From Glaucostegus cemiculus (taxonomy: Eukaryota), in NCBI GenBank assembly GCA_976551045.1, contig CDPCPM010000037.1:20088001-20152000 (forward strand): a DNA stretch of 64,000 nt, given 5' to 3'. Numbering within the stretch: position 1 is the first letter of the stretch; each line of letters begins with the position of its first letter. The notes beneath the pieces were generated by a model that was not told where the DNA came from, ran no database searches, and saw only the letters and a list, made by a program, of their open reading frames with translations. Positions 14,065 to 26,188 of the stretch are shown in pieces. The translations under genes and the position numbers were made by a program.

Positions 14065-15365
14065 TCTCTGCTAGTCTAGCTGGCTTCTGAGTTGGAAAGA
14101 AGTAACTGTCATTGCAGGGTTGAATATCTGTCATGGAAATAAAGCAACTGCCATTCAAGGCATTTCAATCAAACAGTAAATATGTCAGCTTTTGACACTG
14201 ACATCAGAAAATGTCCTGCAAGGTTTGGAAGCTGGCATTCAACCAGGTCTCCACTCGTCGCCAGAGACTGCTATACCACTTTGAACATAAATAACAGTGA
14301 GTACCATTTGCTGCAATTGCTGACAGCAAGATTTAGCTCAATTGGTTTAAAAGAATACACAAAACAATGAAACCTATGTGAGTGGAGTTACATTATTATT
14401 AAATTGAAAAGGTTCTCTAACATCACTTTGATAATCCAGCAATATCAAGCTTTCAAATGCAAAATTTAATGCAACAAACAGTATAAAAATATTCAATTTA
14501 CTGCCTGAAAGTGGTTCCATTAGACCTATCTCAATCCTTATAATTTCACAATATAATAACCTTGCTTCTCAGGATGATTAGTTAAGTTATTAGCTTTACC
14601 ATCGGTATTGCAATGCATTTTAGCATTAATTACATAATGATCCTAACAATAGCTAACATATTATACTCCTATTATTCCTGGTTTCAAACTACCCTTGTAA
14701 AAGCCTAAAGAAGCTTAATGACTGAATCATCAACCAGATAAAAGGAACAGTGTTACAGCTCATTTATGACTAGCTAGAAGTATAGCTTCAAAACTATGAG
14801 AACAAAGAATTCACACAATCAAAGAGCCAGAAAGTTACATGATAAAGTTCCCCTCTAATTAAAAATGTATGGGTTTGTCTGATTTATTGTTTTTAATTAT
14901 CAAGAAAATCGTATTCTCAAGAACTGTAAAATTTAAAACTTTGGTGCAAATTTGTGTTTTGTAGTATACACTGGATACATAAAGTTCAGAAGTTCACTTC
15001 TGAAATTTAGTTCCATTGAAATCAATGAAAGCAATTTCAAAAGTGAAATTCAATGCACATGCCATATCACCAAAAGAATTTCTGCATGTTTTAATTTTCA
15101 ATTCATTTTCAGGATGTATATTGCTGGTACAGTTGTTGTTTATTTTCTGAGCATTGCCACTCTGAGAAAATTATGGTGAGCTGACTTATTGATTCACTGG
15201 CTGTCTGTTAGTATTGACTGTAAGACAGTTGCACGTCAACTACATTGGGACGACACGCGAATCAGATACTTTCCAGTAGGTACAGCAGATCTCTTTTCCT
15301 TAAGTACATCAATAAACTTTTCTTATGTATCCAAACACCTTTATGATCATTTTCCATATTTCTGT

Positions 15366-15669
15366 ACAATACAGGAAGAGACCATTTGGCCCATTGAGTC
15401 TATGTCAGCTCACACAGCAATCTTATTTCCCTACTAGTTTTCCATGTAACCTATTCTGCCCCATCAATTCTACCACCCACCTACACTGTGGGCAATTTAC
15501 AGTGACAATTAACCTACCAAACTGCACATCTTTAGGATATGGGAGGAAACCCATGTAGCCACAGGGAAACATGCAAACTCCACACAGACAGCATTGGAGG
15601 TCAGGATTGAACCCAGGACACTGGAGCAGTAAGGCAGCAGCTCTACTACCTGTGCCACTGTGCCACCCC
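15366..15669 (-). mobile_element. Near full-length tRNA-derived V-SINE (HE1-like)
   Basis: The minus strand begins ggggtggcacagtggcacaggtagtagagctgctgcc (A box), has B box GGTTCAATCC (15604-15613), then V-domain tgtgtggagtttgcatgt...ggtttcctcccatatcctaaagatgtgcag and a CR1-like tail. Confidence 0.85.
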
Positions 15670-15867
15670 TTTATTGATAACAAATTTCCACTTCCAGGTT
15701 CACCTAAAAATAAAGTTGAATTCTCAAATGGATCCCTTGGATTATTAGACCAGCTCCTGGATTACTGGTCTAGTAACAAAAGCACTAACTATAATACTCA
15801 ATACCAAATACACAGTCATACCATTGTTATCACTGCAGTACCTCACATGGCCACCACTTGTACTATA

Positions 15868-16264
15868 CAAGCAGTCCCCAAGTTACAAAAGTTCCCAAGA
15901 ACTGTTCATAACTCAAACTGTCCATTATTTGGAAATGGACAAAAAACAGTGTGTGTAAGAGGATCACAGACAGCTGTGACAAGAGAGCAAGCAGGTGCAG
16001 GGCGAAGCGACTGCCAGCCGACCTCACTGACTCGGTGAGTGAGCAAGTCTGCTCAGCATTCCCAGCTCTGCTCGGCTTGACCCAGCCCCCGTTTGTTGTG
16101 ACTTGGGGGGATGGGGGGGGGTGCGTAGGAGAGAAGGCATGTAGAAATAGCCAGTTCCCACCTGGCAGAAGATGCCGGCAAATCCATCCCACCGGTCTCT
16201 CAAATACTCGCTTTTATGTACAGGGTGTCTATAAGTCAGGCATTCATAACTTGGGGAGGAACTG
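15868..16264. mobile_element. Non-autonomous Tc1/mariner (pogo/Tigger-like) MITE, 397 bp
   Basis: TA on both flanks (15866-67, 16265-66); imperfect TIRs CAAGCAGTCCCCAAGTTAC and (reverse complement of right end) CAGTTCCTCCCCAAGTTAT share CA and TCCCCAAGTTA. Confidence 0.7.
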
Positions 16265-16639
16265 TAAGTACTACTGCATAATCTCTCTAGTCTATGCTTT
16301 TTTTTATATAAAGAAATACAATCTGTGTCTATATCAGCTCACTTTAGGCATCACAAATGTTGGAAATAATCAGTTTTTGTCTATGGTGTTCCACTTTGTT
16401 ACTTCAAACTCTTCCTTTAAATTAATGTCTTCTGATGAAATGAAAACTCCTTTGCTTAGAAACTGGAAAACAAGGTGCTATGCATTTGTAGAGTTATCAC
16501 AAATAGCATCAATAGACCTTGAAGAGTTGAAAACAACTATTTAGTTAGTAATACACTAAATATCAGGCCAACAAAGTATACTCAAGAGAGGAAAAAAAGC
16601 ATGAAAAAACTGGAAAAAGATAAATTATGCTAAGTAGTT

Positions 16640-16703
16640 TGACCTGCTTTTCTCCATGATGCTGCCTGCCCTGCTGAGCTCCTCCAGCATCATGATGTTT
16701 TTC
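16640..16703 (+). repeat. Fragment of the Penelope-type short repeat
   Basis: gatgctgcctgccctgctgagctcctccagca is the reverse complement of the arm at 48789-48820. Confidence 0.6.
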
Positions 16704-17974
16704 AGTCTTATCTGTTTACTCTGTTCCCATGCAGAATAAATACCCAGTAACTCGCACAATGTCCAGAACACAGTAAATATGCTAGTTGTTTATACCATGC
16801 ATGGTGAAAGGACAACCAACTGAACACCATTACCTTAAACTAATCCACTTCACCACTGACTGCACTGAAAAGAGGAATCTCCCATGTCCATTTTATTATC
16901 AGTGGGTACAGTATAATTACCATTAAAGAGGGCAATGGAGGTAATTGCTCACTGAATAAAAGCAATCCTATATTTTTCCCTTGTTTCAATTCCATAAAAC
17001 TATTCAAATACAAATCCTGAATTAAAAGGAAATACATAACAATTGTCTGTGAATCAATCCCTGTTGATTTAAAGAATTCAACTTTATAAAATATGTTAAA
17101 GACATTAACTGCAGACAATTCAACAAATACTTGATGAAAATGAAAGGATAATTCTGTATTGCCCTCCTCCTAACAAATGCACTGCAGGTGTACAACCCTT
17201 CCCCAATGAACACAAAATTATGCCCTGTAATATGTTCCCTGCTAAAGCACCTCCTCATTGATGTCAGGGTTCAAATAAATTTTTATGAAAGAAAAAGCAC
17301 ACAATAGATCTAGTTTAAATTTGTACTGCAGCCTGTGAAACAGAAACCTGGAATGTAATCCATCAGAGCCTAAGGTGCTTCACTTTTGTTACAGTTTCCC
17401 TGTCAAGCTGCAATATTTTGATAAAAACAAAAAATCCTGAAAAGACAGCTGGAAAGACACTGGAGGTAAAAAATGTGTTATCCTTTCAAGTGCAGATTCG
17501 ACAACTAAACTGATCTCTGTCTGAAACAATTTGTCTTTTCACATTAAGTATAAATTTTTTAAAATTTTAGATGCCCAGAATGGCAGCTATCACCATCTAT
17601 TCCCAATAACTTTTTAATGGCACTGCTATTACAGATTTAGTACAAATCTTTTAATGCAAAATAAAGCCTCACTCATTCAGAATTGGGAATTTAACATGCA
17701 TAATTTTCAAATATTCATTGCTAGTCAGTTAGGCTTTATATCAGAGTTACATCTACGATAATCTGATCATTACAAAATGTTACGAGATGGATGAAGATAA
17801 TCCAGTCTATTTTAAAGTACCTCCTACTCCTCTCCAATGAATATGCATTTTCATACAGTTTAAGAGCCAAAGAAGGTGACAGCGTGTCGAGGTTGATTTA
17901 ACATCCTTATTTAAATGCAGCATATTGCTCCAGAGGGCAGAACTCTAGTATAAATCATTACTTTAGAAATTATA

Positions 17975-18225
17975 AGAAACAGATAAATACTTACTGTACA
18001 AGAAATGTCTTTAGCAAGGGTAATTAGAATGTTGAACTTCCTATCATTTATCTATAGAAGTTAGGGCAAGCAGAATAGATGAAATAGGAGACAGATAAGT
18101 ATATGAGGGAAGAAGGAAAGGATAATATGCTAATAATGTTTGCTGAAGTAGCTTGAGAAGAGGCTTATGTGCAAATAAATGCTGGTGCTGATCAGTTGGG
18201 TAAACAGAATTTACAGTGCAGAAAT
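17975..18225 (+). mobile_element. Very old CR1 3' fragment
   Basis: aagaaatgtctttagcaagggtaattagaatgttgaac...gataagtatatgagggaagaagg resembles a CR1 ORF2 end and UTR. Confidence 0.45.
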
Positions 18226-18249
18226 AGGCCATGTAAATGAAGTAATCAA

Positions 18250-19060
18250 ACCTTTTAAATTATATCCTCCACTTAATTCCATCTGGGAAAGAGGAACTTC
18301 CCAGCTTGTTGGTTTGCCAAAAGTCGAGGCCTTGCAGAATGATGAAGTAATTCTTTTGTTAATGACATAATAACAGAAAATACTGGACACCACCTTGAAG
18401 CAAATGTTAAATGGAGACAAATTTGTACAGGCAGCCAAATTTGAGAAGGGAGTTTCTCAACTCTCCAGGTTGATGGGGTCAAATGCATTAGTGAAGTTGA
18501 TAAAGACCACTGAAAATGGTTGGTGCTGCTCTCTGCATTTCCCTTAGGAGTGTTGAATGGTGAAAGTCATCCATCGTGCCTCTAGATGGACAGAATCCAA
18601 ACTATGATTCAGGGAGCACCTTGTTAGCCACTCGGAGGAAATAGTTGAGGAGGACTGCAGTAATGACTTTTGTTTAGGCAGAGTGCAAAAGGGTTTCTCT
18701 GATTACCATGGTCAGATTTGTCTCTTGAAGATGGCCCTAATGTGGATGAAAAGGCTATGGATTTGTGACAGAAGTTCGCCACTGTCAAGTTTTAGAACTT
18801 CAGCAGGGATACCGCCTGCTCCTGAGACATCACTGTTTGTTCTTGTATGGCATATGAACTACTCAACTTCTTGTCAGTCAGGAATGTGGCAGGCTGCACC
18901 AAATAGATCACTGTAGGAGGTGGTCAAGGGTGCTTTCATCAAGGTCTGAGATGCAGTTAAGCAGTTCTTCAAAGTGTTCTTCCAGTGGGTGCCAATCACC
19001 TCTCTGCCTTTAAAGGATTGTTACTAGCCTGCATTGAGATCAAGCCTTTTGTGAACCTCA
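18250..19060 (-). mobile_element. RTE LINE reverse-transcriptase fragment, decayed
   Basis: The minus strand gives HFEELLN, LPES*FGFCPSRGT and KCREQHQPFSVVFINFTNAFDPIN, matching the RTE consensus LPESQCGFR..RGT / KCREQ..PLY.AFIDLTKAFD. Confidence 0.75.
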
Positions 19061-19119
19061 GTGTTAAGATGATGGCTAGCATGTCATAATGTAGCAGGAG
19101 CAAGATGGAAGTCAGGTGG

Positions 19120-19703
19120 GCAGCAGTCCCTGTCCTCTTATATGCTTTTGACTCGTGTAGTTCCTTTAACAGTCACCTCAAAGCACTGGAGAGATACCAC
19201 AAAAGCTGTCTCCACAAAACCACCCAAATCCACTGCTGCAATAAGCAAACCAACATCAGCATCCTTTCTTAAGCCAACATTCCTAGCAATGAGGTCCTAA
19301 CTACAGACTGAAGGTCAGGCTACATTGTTCATTTGCCCAACACCTGACTCCTGAAAGAGAAGCACCATTTTGAGCTTCATCATAGCAAGAATTTATTTGC
19401 TGGAGAAAGGAAATGATTCAAGGATATTCTCAAAGCCTCATTGTAACATCTCTGCCAACTCGTGGTAGTCCCTCACCCACAATCACTCAAAATGTAGTAG
19501 TATTTTGAATGGTATTGAGAACCTCAATCCATTCATTGGGAGCACAGAAAAGCCCAATGTAAGTGACAGAAACAGCACATCTACTGTCAAACTACTCACC
19601 GCCTCAGTCCCACATGGTAGACTCTGTAGGTCCCACAATGCCCTCATTAGATGCCTCAAACCCACAAAACTAGAAGAGAGGTCATCCACAATGACTGCCT
19701 AAG
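19120..19703 (+). mobile_element. RTE LINE 3' fragment, decayed
   Basis: Plus-strand HLKALERYHKSCLHK...TNISILS*ANIPSNEVL matches the RTE post-RT region; it ends in the same 3' terminus as the other RTE copies. Confidence 0.7.
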
Positions 19704-19794
19704 GAGAAAGAGGATGCTGGGATACACAGCAACCAAGCCCCACACAGAAACACTTCTGCAAACATCTATGCAGTAAATCTATTTTATGAAGTTT

Positions 19795-20015
19795 GTGGCT
19801 AGGATATTGGGAGAAATCCTTTGCTATTCTTCAAGTGGTGTTTATCACCTTCAGCAGAGGGCAGACAGTACCTTGGCTTAAATTCTCATCAGAAAGACTT
19901 CATTTCAACTTGCCTCAGTAATACACTGAAGTGTCAGACTAGATTATATGCTTTGGTTTCTGATGTGGGCTTTGAAACCACATATTTCTAACAACCACTG
20001 AACAAGAGATGACAC
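19795..20015 (-). mobile_element. Deu-domain SINE (SacSINE1/AmnSINE1-like) relic
   Basis: gagggcagacagtaccttggcttaaattctcatcagaaagac...cctcagtaatacactgaagtgtcagactagattatatgct...gtgggctttgaaaccaca resembles the reverse complement of the Deu domain and tRNA head. Confidence 0.6.
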
Positions 20016-22614
20016 ATTTAAGTAAAAGCTCATCCACCTCCTCTGACAACATCTCCACTGTTGATCTCCTCTACCATCAATACCCTGCACATCACCATTC
20101 CACAGAGGAGACACAAGAGATTCTGTAGATGCTAGAATCTGGAGCAACACACATTTTGTGTGTGATCACCATTCAATGCTTTGTTTACCAGCCATATCCA
20201 CACATCTGCTACAGAAGTAGAATGGAGAGATGAGTGTGGAGTTCTTCAACAGCAGGAAGGCCATGTTGCCAGTGATGCTACATGTATGAAACATATGGTC
20301 ACACATGGTAGAACATGCTTTGCATGCATAAACACACATAAATGCCTTTCTCTCACTAACACCACAAAGGTTTTACTGGAACAGAAGTGATAATTAAGTT
20401 TAAGACAACAGGTCAACTTTCACTGTTCCAAGATTAATGTTGCCCTATTACTTCTACTTAGTTATCTAGTAAAACCTTTGGTTCACTTTAAGGAATGTCA
20501 AGACATATTAGCTGGTATACAACTGTGACACACAATATGTTTAATACATATTTCACCCTTGAAAGTGTGATATGTTTTGTGGCGCATAAGAACTTCTAGG
20601 AATGGACAGAGCTCCAATGCGAGGCACCCCTCTATTCTGAGATGGTCAACTTCCGTGCCTGCAGCTAGAACCTATACTGACCTCCCACCATCCTTCTGGA
20701 CTCACCACCAAGTCTAGTGAAAGTTCTGGATTGGATTTGAGAAGCTAAATGTAAAAAAAGCAGCAATCCCGTTCATTTGAATGGTGTTACTGACTTTTGT
20801 TAAAAAGGCAGGAAGAATCTGCAGAGACCTCCTGTAGAATGGATCATGAAATGTTAACATATATCCCATTCATTCTAATATCATACTTTTAGAATTTTAT
20901 TTAATATATAAAAACCAATGCAAGCAATTATTTCCTACTGGCCACAGACATGCAACAGATGGATTTCTCTAAGCACTTCATTTACCCTCTGAGTGAAAAC
21001 TTTTAACTATTACTCATAGAGACTACACTGTGTTCTGAAATGAACAAGTTAGGTTAAACAGAAATCCATTTAAATAGTAGATGGCTTCTTTTCCATTAAC
21101 CCCACTACATCTGATTTGACAGAACATACACTACAGTTACTATATAATAAATTGTGCAAATGTATGCATGACTTCATTGTCCTATTATCATAAAATAACA
21201 TATTCACTTATTTACTAAGTAATAGTAGGAAACTGCTATTGGATTAGAAGGAACTCGCCACCTCTACATCCTTTCAAGCAACACTGTGCATATGGTCTGT
21301 GAACTATTACTGTTAGGAATTGTTCAGCCTACACTACTTAAGCAAGGTAATCTGCATCACATCTGCCGACAATCCACTCCGCAATAGTAATGAATGTGTT
21401 TATTTGGCATTGTTAAACCTCTGCACAAGAGTCCAAATCAGTTAGAGAAATCTAGGGTAATTTCACTTTACAAAAGTAGTAGTAAATCTTTGGGGAAAGA
21501 GGTGCATTTGCTTCTACAGAATAACCACCTGTACAACAATATTATTAGCTACTTTAAATCACAGGTGTCATTGCAGGCAACGAAATACAAATGAAGAAAG
21601 GTTTTATTTATATGTCTTCCAATTTGATTATTCCCTGATCTTATCTACAAATTCCAATGGGAGAGAGTAAAAGAATATCTTTGAATCCTAACAGTGCACA
21701 GCTAAGTTCCATGTCGTTGTTTTTGGTTACTGAAGGTTCAGTATTCTGATTTTCTCATGGACTGTTTTGCTCAACTACTTGCTACACAGCAGAATAATAA
21801 GATTTAAGCAGAGCTGCCCCACTGACGTCAAATCCCTGTCACAGTACCAATGGATGAAATTGCTGCAGATCTAATACACAGCATTTGAACTCCTTAACTG
21901 ACAATGAACCCATGAACTTGTGTATATGTTAATTACGGTACATCTGCTGAGCCCCAGTAATTAAAGATTAAAGGAAAAGACCTTTGCAGCAAATACGAAG
22001 AGAGCTTACTCAGCTTGAGTGTGCTAACGATCGGCCCTTTTAATTAACTGCGGGAAGATTAAATACATTTTTTAGTTAAATATGTCTATCTTCTACAGTT
22101 TTTATTTTCATACATGCTCTTTAATTTATGTAATCTGGTTCTTCAGATTTCTGTCTCTTCCCCCACTTACAAGCATGCACAAAATGCAGCCATTATCTAG
22201 CCAAAAGCAATGGGAACTGATCTGCCTCTAGATCTCAGCTAATCTCAGCATTAATCTGCTCACCAGGAGAATGGGCAGACATTGACCTTCCCTCTGGGGG
22301 ATCTGGTTAAACCCTACTTTGTGTCTCCTTTCCAACATAGTGACAGGGTTAATGAAGGGTTTTGAAACCAGTAACTAATTCACCATTTAAGATGGTACCT
22401 GGGAGAGCTCAGAAATATAAACTGAATTCACAATGCAAATATCATATTTGTAAGAAGCAGCTTATAGAGTAAAACCAGCACATTGTCCACTGCTTTTGAA
22501 AATAAGTGGCTGAATACAATACATTAACCATACTATATAATCTCATGCTTATGAATGTGGATGAATTATTTGTAGAGGTACTACTGAAAAGTGATGAGAA
22601 ATGCATCAGTCAAC

Positions 22615-22905
22615 TTAGGCACAATCAGCAATGAGATAAATAATTAATCCATTTTAGTGATCTTTGTTGAGGGATAAATATTGGATATTGCACTAGGAAA
22701 CTTCCAACTCTTCAAATAGTGGCCTGAGATCTTTCTGTTCAGTAAATGAACAGATGAGTTCTCAATTTTATATATTATTCAAATGACAGCGCTGATGACA
22801 ATGCAGTGTCCCATCAATTAAAATCCATTAGGTGCTCAATCTCTCATGGGACTTGTTGCATAATATTATTCAGTATTAAGAAGACTATCCACCACTGACC
22901 CAAGG
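22615..22905 (-). mobile_element. Deu-domain SINE relic
   Basis: gttgagggataaatattgg...ctcttcaaatagtggcctgagatctttc...gacaatgcagtgtccc...gtgctcaatctctcatgggacttg...tatccaccactgacc resembles the reverse complement of the DeuSINE consensus. Confidence 0.6.
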
Positions 22906-23294
22906 GCAACAGTATGGGTGCACTTATACCTACAGCTACAGTGTATCTCCAAATGGTTCAGAAGCATTTCAGAGGACAGGGATCACTGCTGCCTGCTGGA
23001 ATGTTTTGGGCCAGGTTTGAGGCCTTGATTTTCTTTACCTTTTTCCTCAATCGACCAAATGGCTAACTGCAGCATTGAAAGTGATTGTGACTTTCATCAC
23101 TGATGTCTGCCTTCACCTTTGGGTGACCCTTGACAAATAGGAAGTGGTCTACACTTTCTAGTATCACACTGTGCAGCATGTATTACAGAGACTAGGACTA
23201 CCTATAGCAGACACTTCAGGGCACTGGCGATATACTGCCAAGTGTCTCTGCAAAATCACTAAAATTCACCAGATAAACTAACCAATATAATTGT

Positions 23295-23695
23295 TTTCTC
23301 CCAAGCCAACATCTACATCACTGAAGATCTAGCAACACACAGTCAACTTGGCTGGGTAGGCCACATCATTCATATGCCCATCACCAGACTATATGATTAC
23401 TAGACAGAGGGAAAGATTCAAGCATGTATTCATAGCCTCTGAAGAAATTCAACACTTCCACTGACTCTTGGAAATCTCTGGCCCATGGTGACAGACCATT
23501 CAGGATGGCATTGAGAACCTTGAGACTATACATCTGAAGCACACAGAAGCTCTGCATAAGCTATAGGAGTGCACCACCTGACCCCTCAACCCCTTCCCTC
23601 AGCCAGACAGATCCTGCCTCATTTGTGGAAGTCTGTGCTCCCCACATTGACCTAATCAATCACATCAGAACCCACAAAACCAGAGCGGAAGCAGT
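23295..23695 (+). mobile_element. RTE LINE 3' end (may extend 5' to about 23050)
   Basis: SQANIYITE, WLGRPHH (WAGHI-like) and a C-terminal C..CG...SHIDLINHIRTHKTRAEA zinc-finger relic. Confidence 0.7.
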
Positions 23696-25379
23696 TGTGA
23701 CTGTATTTACATTATAAATGAAATCTGAATCGTGTTGCAGACCCTATTCTGATATTAGAACTAAGGTAGAACGTCTTGCTCTTCTGACTTTCAGCTTGAA
23801 TCTTTTCATTTAATTTGCACCCATAAGTTTAGGCACTGTTTATTCTACACTGGTTATGAATGTGTTTATTTAGCACTTTTAAATTTCTAGCACGTATTGG
23901 CTTGTGTTGAATTTTTAGCAGTTACTGCCTTTGGAGCACCTAGGACCATCCTGAGGTCAGGAACTGTTCTGTGCAAATAAGCCACATTTTTTTCTTATCA
24001 AGTAATTAAATTTAAAAATAGCAAAATATTTCGATAAGCACAGTCAAAGGAAAAGAGCTGTTATGTGCCTTGCCAAAAATCACATTGAAGGAAAACAGCT
24101 TCTATGTTACTTATTTTTTTCCTTTATCAACTGCATGCTCATTTTCATCCATTCCCATCCAGCTTATAGAATGTGTGATTCCTTTCCCAAAGTCAAAGGC
24201 ACATGTGCTGCAAGATATTCCAGGTAAAGAAACAGAAGTGCTCTGAATGACTGGCTGGTGTAACACAAGTGTCAATTGGCGCTTAGCTACAGGATCATAT
24301 GTGAATGTAATGCTACATATCCAGTGCTTTATCACATTATCCCCAATGTTACAGCATCACAGCTGGCACTATGTCTAATTGCCAGACAGCAGAAATGTTT
24401 CGGTTGAGATTTATTTCTCACATAGCAAACAATGTTCCTTCCTACGATGACTACTACTAACACTGAAACAGTGGTGTACAAACTTGCTCATCGTAAGATT
24501 CACTTTTAAAATAGTCCATGCCTCAATCTCCTGCTCTTAAATTTAAAGGCCAAAACATGCCCGTTAATCTGATTACTTTTTTTTCATTTAAGAAAGATAT
24601 ATACAATTTTACTGTCACTGGCCTCCAAAGGAATCTCTGATTACAAAATAAATTATGGGTTATCCTTTGTGTATTCATTGCAGTTACTCCTACTGTGCAC
24701 ATTTTAATATTCAATCAAATTTAAATATAAATTATGAATAATGAAAGCTTTTAAACAAAATTGTGCTCTAGTTAATGGATTTTTTCATTAGGGAAAGGAA
24801 ATAAGATGGCAAGGTTCAACATAATTTGAAATGCAAGGCAGTGTTCTAGTGACTGGAATCAAAATCTCAGTTGAAGAGCCCTCATTGTCTTAGATTTGTG
24901 TGTATGGGCTATGGAGCAATGAACAGTTACTTAAAAATTCTGACAAGGTCCAAAAGCTGTGAACAGTAAAAAAAAAAAGCTACACATTTTATAGACGCTG
25001 TAATGATGGGTCAGCAAAAACTTAGAATCTATGATATGAAAACTTCACTAATATATACAAATTATTACTGGGTCCCTTTGGTTAGATGAGATATTGAATC
25101 TTCTGCAAAAGAATCCCTCATTTCACAATTCAATATGATCAAGGTAGCATGTACTGACATCTTTTGAAGCCACAATAAACATTTAGATAATGATATCCTG
25201 TAGCTCACTACATTGTTCAACACCAATAGTTCTGTTAGTCATTCTTTCGGGAATTAAATGATATCTCAACAAAAACTTCTCTTTTTTTGCACCCAACCAT
25301 TGTTCATTCTTAATAGGCATCGCTTAAAAAGAAAAGAATAGCTGGTTCATTGAATTAGCAATACTGAACATGTATTAAT

Positions 25380-25490
25380 ACAAAAGCAAAATAGTCTAGA
25401 TGTTGGAAATCAGAAATAATAACAGAAAAGGCTAGAAATACTCCACATGAGAGAAACAGAGTTAATGGTCTATATTGGAGAATTTCATTA
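25380..25490 (-). repeat. Decayed Penelope-type short repeat
   Basis: aaaagcaaaatagtctagatgttggaaatcagaaataataacagaaaaggctagaaatactc resembles 53443-53500 and 42790-42830. Confidence 0.5.
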
Positions 25491-25551
25491 TAATGGAGTA
25501 TAAATGGGGTAACACAATAGCCTTCAACCATAAGAATGTGGACCTATCATT

Positions 25552-26188
25552 GTTAAGAAGGCTTATGGGATGTTAGCTTTTATAAATCGAGGGATTGAGT
25601 TCAAGAGCAGAGAGGCGATGATGCTGCTTTACAAAACTCTAGTTAGGCTGCACTTAGAATATTGTGTTCAGTTCTGGTCGCCGCATTATAGGAAGGATGT
25701 GGAGGAGTTGGAGAGGGTACAGAGGCGATTTACCAGGATGATGCCTGGATTAAAGGGTATGGAATATGAGGAGAGGCTTAAGGTGCTAGGGCTCTACTCG
25801 TTGGAGAGGAGGAGGATGAGAGGGGCCTTGATAGAGGTGTATAAGATATTGAGAGGAATAGATAGAGTTGACAGCCAGCGCCTCTTTCCCAGAGCACAGA
25901 TGCTCAAGACGAGAGGGCATAGCTTTAAGATATTGGGTGGAAAGTTCAGGGGAGATGTCAGAGGGAAATTTTTCACCCAGAGAGTGGTTGGCGCATGGAA
26001 TGCGCTGCCTGGGGTGGTGGTAGAGGCAGATACATTGGACAGGTCCAAGAGATCGTTAGATAGGCACATGGAGGAATGTGGAATCGAGGGATATGTGGGA
26101 GGAAAGAGTTAGATCATGTGACATTTGAAGGACGGCACAACTTGGTGGGCCGAAGGGCCTGTTTTGTGCTGTATTGTTCTATGGTTCT
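25552..26188 (+). mobile_element. Young 5'-truncated CR1 LINE (ORF2 C-terminus, ORF 25570-26112, plus 3' UTR)
   Basis: 180-aa uninterrupted frame (LYKTLVRLHLEYCVQFWSP...RGHSFK...FFTQRVVGAWNALP); ends in gttctatggttct; about 95% identical and ungapped against 38632-39268. Confidence 0.95.

Noticed and set aside
15595-15669. tRNA gene
   Set aside because: The A and B boxes belong to a SINE head that continues into the V-domain; no cloverleaf evident
15571-16544. Overlapping 155-, 109- and 197-aa ORFs
   Set aside because: They span a SINE and a GC-rich MITE; compositional by-products
24170-24223. MCDSFPKVKGTCAARYS as a Kunitz-domain start
   Set aside because: Cys-Gly spacing is off by one and there is no downstream Kunitz continuation
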